Shown here piece by piece: positions 61,523 through 64,000 of a stretch of DNA of 64,000 nucleotides. The notes beneath the pieces were generated by a model that saw only the letters and a program-made list of their open reading frames with translations, did not search any database and was not told the DNA's origin. A program made the position numbers and the translations under genes. The stretch covers positions 1 to 64,000 of the IMG/VR virus record IMGVR_UViG_3300037882_001801, one strand, 5' to 3'. The stretch comes from a virus. Position 1 is the first letter of the stretch. Each line of letters opens with the position of its first letter.

Positions 61523-61758
61523 CCAGCCAAACTGTTCGTGAGCAATGGGGAATGCAATGCCCTGTATGTGATAGCGACGAAAACCTTTACGTCGAGATCC
61601 TGGTCTCCGCTAAGCTGTCAGTCGACGGAACAGAACCTCAAGGGGATCACGAATGGACCGATGAATCAGGATGCTCATGCGATTGCGGTTGGGTCGGCTC
61701 AGTCTTGGAGGCTAAAGCAAATGCCACGGACACAAACAATCACGAAACAGATCTTTAA
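61519..61758 (+). CDS. Hypothetical zinc-ribbon-like protein (79 aa)
   Basis: Motif: CPVCDSDE ... CSCDCGW. Confidence 0.55.
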   Translation: MTSQTVREQWGMQCPVCDSDENLYVEILVSAKLSVDGTEPQGDHEWTDESGCSCDCGWVGSVLEAKANATDTNNHETDL

Positions 61759-62425
61759 GTACAGAGAGCTAACTAAGAAGGCACAAGCCAATGCTCGCGA
61801 GTGGTGGCGTAGCCAAAGTTACGGCGACGAATGGCACGAATACACTATCGAAGATGCGGCTCATTGTGCCAGTCTGCTCGGGATCGCAATCTACAACCCA
61901 AAGAACGACATCTATTTTCAAGTTTCAAGCTCGCAAGGTGACTTTGCAAGTTTTGAAGGCAACTGGTCCGCACAGGCAAAACTGAAAGGTGACAAAGACG
62001 CAGCAGGAAAAGTCAAAAAGTTCAACACGTTCCGAGATGCGATCAAAGACCACGCTCCACAAGACGAAGAACTCTCACGCATAGCAGAAGAATTAGACCG
62101 CTGCCGTATGTGGGTTTACATGAATGATCCTGAAAAATGGCCTGTAAGCTGTGTAATTAAGACGCCGAGCTATAGTAATCACAGATTGGTTTTCGAGTTT
62201 GCAGATGCAGATTGGTATGGTGGAAAAGACGACGGTTCTGACGATCATCACGAAGTACCAGACTGGTTCATGCCAACCGTAGAAGAAGCGCTCAAAGACT
62301 TCGCCAAATGGATATTCAAGCAACTGCAACAGGAGTGCGAACACTACTACAGCGACGAAAACATCCACGAACAACTAACCGATCTAGATTGCGAGTTCGA
62401 CGAACACGGAGAGTTTCATGGGTGA
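61721..62425 (+). CDS. Hypothetical strongly acidic protein (234 aa)
   Basis: ATG 61721 has GGAGG 9 nt upstream. The C-terminal half is very Asp/Glu-rich (ADADWYGGKDDGSDDHHEVPDW...DLDCEFDEHGEFHG). Confidence 0.6.
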   Translation: MPRTQTITKQIFKYRELTKKAQANAREWWRSQSYGDEWHEYTIEDAAHCASLLGIAIYNPKNDIYFQVSSSQGDFASFEGNWSAQAKLKGDKDAAGKVKKFNTFRDAIKDHAPQDEELSRIAEELDRCRMWVYMNDPEKWPVSCVIKTPSYSNHRLVFEFADADWYGGKDDGSDDHHEVPDWFMPTVEEALKDFAKWIFKQLQQECEHYYSDENIHEQLTDLDCEFDEHGEFHG

Positions 62426-62633
62426 CACAAAACGCGGCAATATACAAATTCACTACAGCGTGACGGTCATCGTCAAGCCCGCGATCCTAGTCTCAGAAGA
62501 ACGTGCGCGTGAAATAGTTGCAGCAGCACAAACGCACATGCGTCAACTTATTATGGCTGCGCAAAAACACAATAGTCCTGAAGTATCTGCGACCGACTGC
62601 AATGGTAAGAATCTGTTCAACTACACCGAATAG
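62418..62633 (+). CDS. Hypothetical protein (71 aa)
   Basis: 8-nt overlap with the previous gene. Confidence 0.55.
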   Translation: MGDTKRGNIQIHYSVTVIVKPAILVSEERAREIVAAAQTHMRQLIMAAQKHNSPEVSATDCNGKNLFNYTE

Positions 62634-62644
62634 CGGAGAACACT

Positions 62645-63298
62645 ATGCCAGTTAACGAACAAGGCTGGGGAACACGAACCAAAGCAGAAATCTTTGCGGA
62701 TGTCGAAATCGCCCCTGACACAAAACCTAAAAAGCTGGCCCGCAATACCTACAGCTATACGCACAAAGACGGCTCTTACCGTGTCCGACTTCACGTAACC
62801 GACATCTACATCAAGCATCTCGACGGTTTCGAGATACTAGACCATGGTGTGTTCCAAACCGTCACCACCAAAGACCGGATCAATCGGTTCACACCCTATA
62901 CGATCCATCAAGCCAAAGGCATCTGGACGGTCTACGGTCCAACAGGTTCAGGAATAGTAGCCGCTTGGGATGAAAAGCATTTCTTTATCCCAAGCAGCTA
63001 TGAGCAAAGCCTAATGCCAGATCAGGCGCTGATAGAATACAACAAGAAAGTCACTAAGCGGATGATCTCAAAACACCGCAAGTGTAGGAAACTTGCAACA
63101 AAAACCGTTGAGGCTTTCATTCGCGATGGCAACGTCATCGCGAAAGCTCAAGTCGAGGCTGCCTTTGATCGGCTTGGGATCGCAACAGAGAATATAACTT
63201 TCAACTTAAGGTTCATCGAACTCTCGAAGAACCGTTTCGTCAAAGCAGTGACTAAAATGTTCTATGAAACTGAAACAGGTATATCACGGTCAAGGTAG
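62645..63298 (+). CDS. Hypothetical protein (217 aa)
   Basis: Clean ORF with GGAGAA upstream. No motifs recognised. Confidence 0.6.
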   Translation: MPVNEQGWGTRTKAEIFADVEIAPDTKPKKLARNTYSYTHKDGSYRVRLHVTDIYIKHLDGFEILDHGVFQTVTTKDRINRFTPYTIHQAKGIWTVYGPTGSGIVAAWDEKHFFIPSSYEQSLMPDQALIEYNKKVTKRMISKHRKCRKLATKTVEAFIRDGNVIAKAQVEAAFDRLGIATENITFNLRFIELSKNRFVKAVTKMFYETETGISRSR

Positions 63299-63304
63299 CA
63301 CACC

Positions 63305-63781
63305 ATGCCACACTTTGTCGGAAAAAACAAGGTCCGGTTCACAAAAGAAGAAGTTTCCAACTTCATTCAATCGTGGCCCGGAGTAGAAGACCCTCAGCGT
63401 AGCTATTGGTTCGAATTCGACGACAATGATGATCTTGTCGACACAGACGTACCGAACGAACAAGACGGATCTTGGACTGTGGCACTAGCATATGACGCAA
63501 AAGAGTGGCGCGAGTCAAACCGAGACGCTCCAATCTCATCTGCGCCACGAATCACCCGCCCAATCCACATCACACCTGATCTGGCAACAGCTCTCAGCTT
63601 CGCGCTTATGTTGCTTGATGTGGAACAAGCACTCGACCCAGACAGCCGACACATTCAGGAACAAGACATCGAAGCATTCAACAAGAACAGAGGGACAACT
63701 GTAGAACTAGAAAAAGTCGAACAGTACATGCAAGCGATTCGTCTCCTAAACCTTCAAATTCGAGGCGAACTTTTCACTTGA
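63305..63781 (+). CDS. Hypothetical protein (158 aa)
   Basis: Clean ORF starting 7 nt after the previous stop. Confidence 0.6.
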   Translation: MPHFVGKNKVRFTKEEVSNFIQSWPGVEDPQRSYWFEFDDNDDLVDTDVPNEQDGSWTVALAYDAKEWRESNRDAPISSAPRITRPIHITPDLATALSFALMLLDVEQALDPDSRHIQEQDIEAFNKNRGTTVELEKVEQYMQAIRLLNLQIRGELFT

Positions 63782-63853
63782 CGATCCGAACTAGAACTGT
63801 CATAAGCCTATGGGATAATTCACAAGAAACAAGCAACTCGAAAGATCAGCACT

Positions 63854-64000
63854 ATGTTAACAAAAGCCCTTGTGCGACCGGAAGCACAAATCAAAGCGCC
63901 AACTACCCAGCCTAAACCGCACGCGACACAGCTAAAGAACCAAATCCAAAACCGCGCGATGCTGGTGTCTCTGACAATCTACAGCTGGACGGCTCGCATG
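63854..64000 (+). CDS. Hypothetical protein, N-terminal 49 codons only (runs off the right edge)
   Basis: ATG 63854 (MLTKALVRPEAQIKAPTTQPKPHATQLKNQIQNRAMLVSLTIYSWTARM) is open to the window end. Absent from the ORF track because it is truncated. Confidence 0.45.
   Translation, partial: MLTKALVRPEAQIKAPTTQPKPHATQLKNQIQNRAMLVSLTIYSWTARM

Noticed and set aside
1-64000. Prophage boundaries, integrase or att sites; the tRNA as an integration target
   Set aside because: No integrase or recombinase ORF is recognisable, and phage-type genes reach both window edges. The tRNA sits inside the replication operon rather than at a junction. The lifestyle cannot be decided from this window.

Overview
The whole 64-kb window looks like the interior of one tailed dsDNA phage or prophage genome, which continues past both edges. 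I saw no rRNA, CRISPR array, integrase, att site or host housekeeping gene. All functions below come from motif recognition by eye plus gene order. No homology search was possible.

Minus-strand structural and lysis genes:
- A late operon runs from about 44338 down to 19214: large terminase, portal, prohead protease/scaffold-like protein, decoration-like protein, major capsid, four 1-nt-overlapping neck genes, major tail protein, and tail chaperones with a visible -1 frameshift site.
- It continues with a 1600-aa tape measure and a tail-tip module resembling RcGTA g12-g15 (DUF2460, DUF2163/BR0599, NlpC/P60, host-specificity protein).
- It ends with a 459-aa multi-TM protein, a SleB-type endolysin, a membrane protein and a lipoprotein.
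- A separate fibre-gene cluster lies at 1-3461.

Plus-strand early and replication genes:
- 3620-19076 holds a primase-helicase, RuvC-like resolvase, SF2 helicase, Cas4-like nuclease, Sak4-like ATPase and a DUF669-like protein.
- It also holds tRNA-Met(CAU), a UDG/exonuclease/family-A polymerase fusion, and ThyX.
- 45189-64000 holds class II RNR (NrdJ) followed by many small orphan early genes.

The GTA-like tail module suggests an alphaproteobacterial host (inference only).

Most unusual observations:
1. An accessory island at about 52.8-59.9 kb has mixed gene orientation, long ORF-free spacers and visible compositional shifts. It includes an orphan, translationally coupled cassette of secreted and membrane proteins behind an operator-rich leader.
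2. One cassette protein shares topology with the 459-aa membrane protein that is coupled to the endolysin.
3. A roughly 210-nt structured segment lies between the tRNA and an intrinsic terminator that sits only 20 nt before the polymerase start codon.
4. An 850-bp ORF-free region separates terL and nrdJ. It contains a promoter/terminator-bracketed sRNA candidate and phased repeats, and there is no adjacent small terminase gene.
5. An AT-rich iteron cluster lies at 57.1-57.3 kb.
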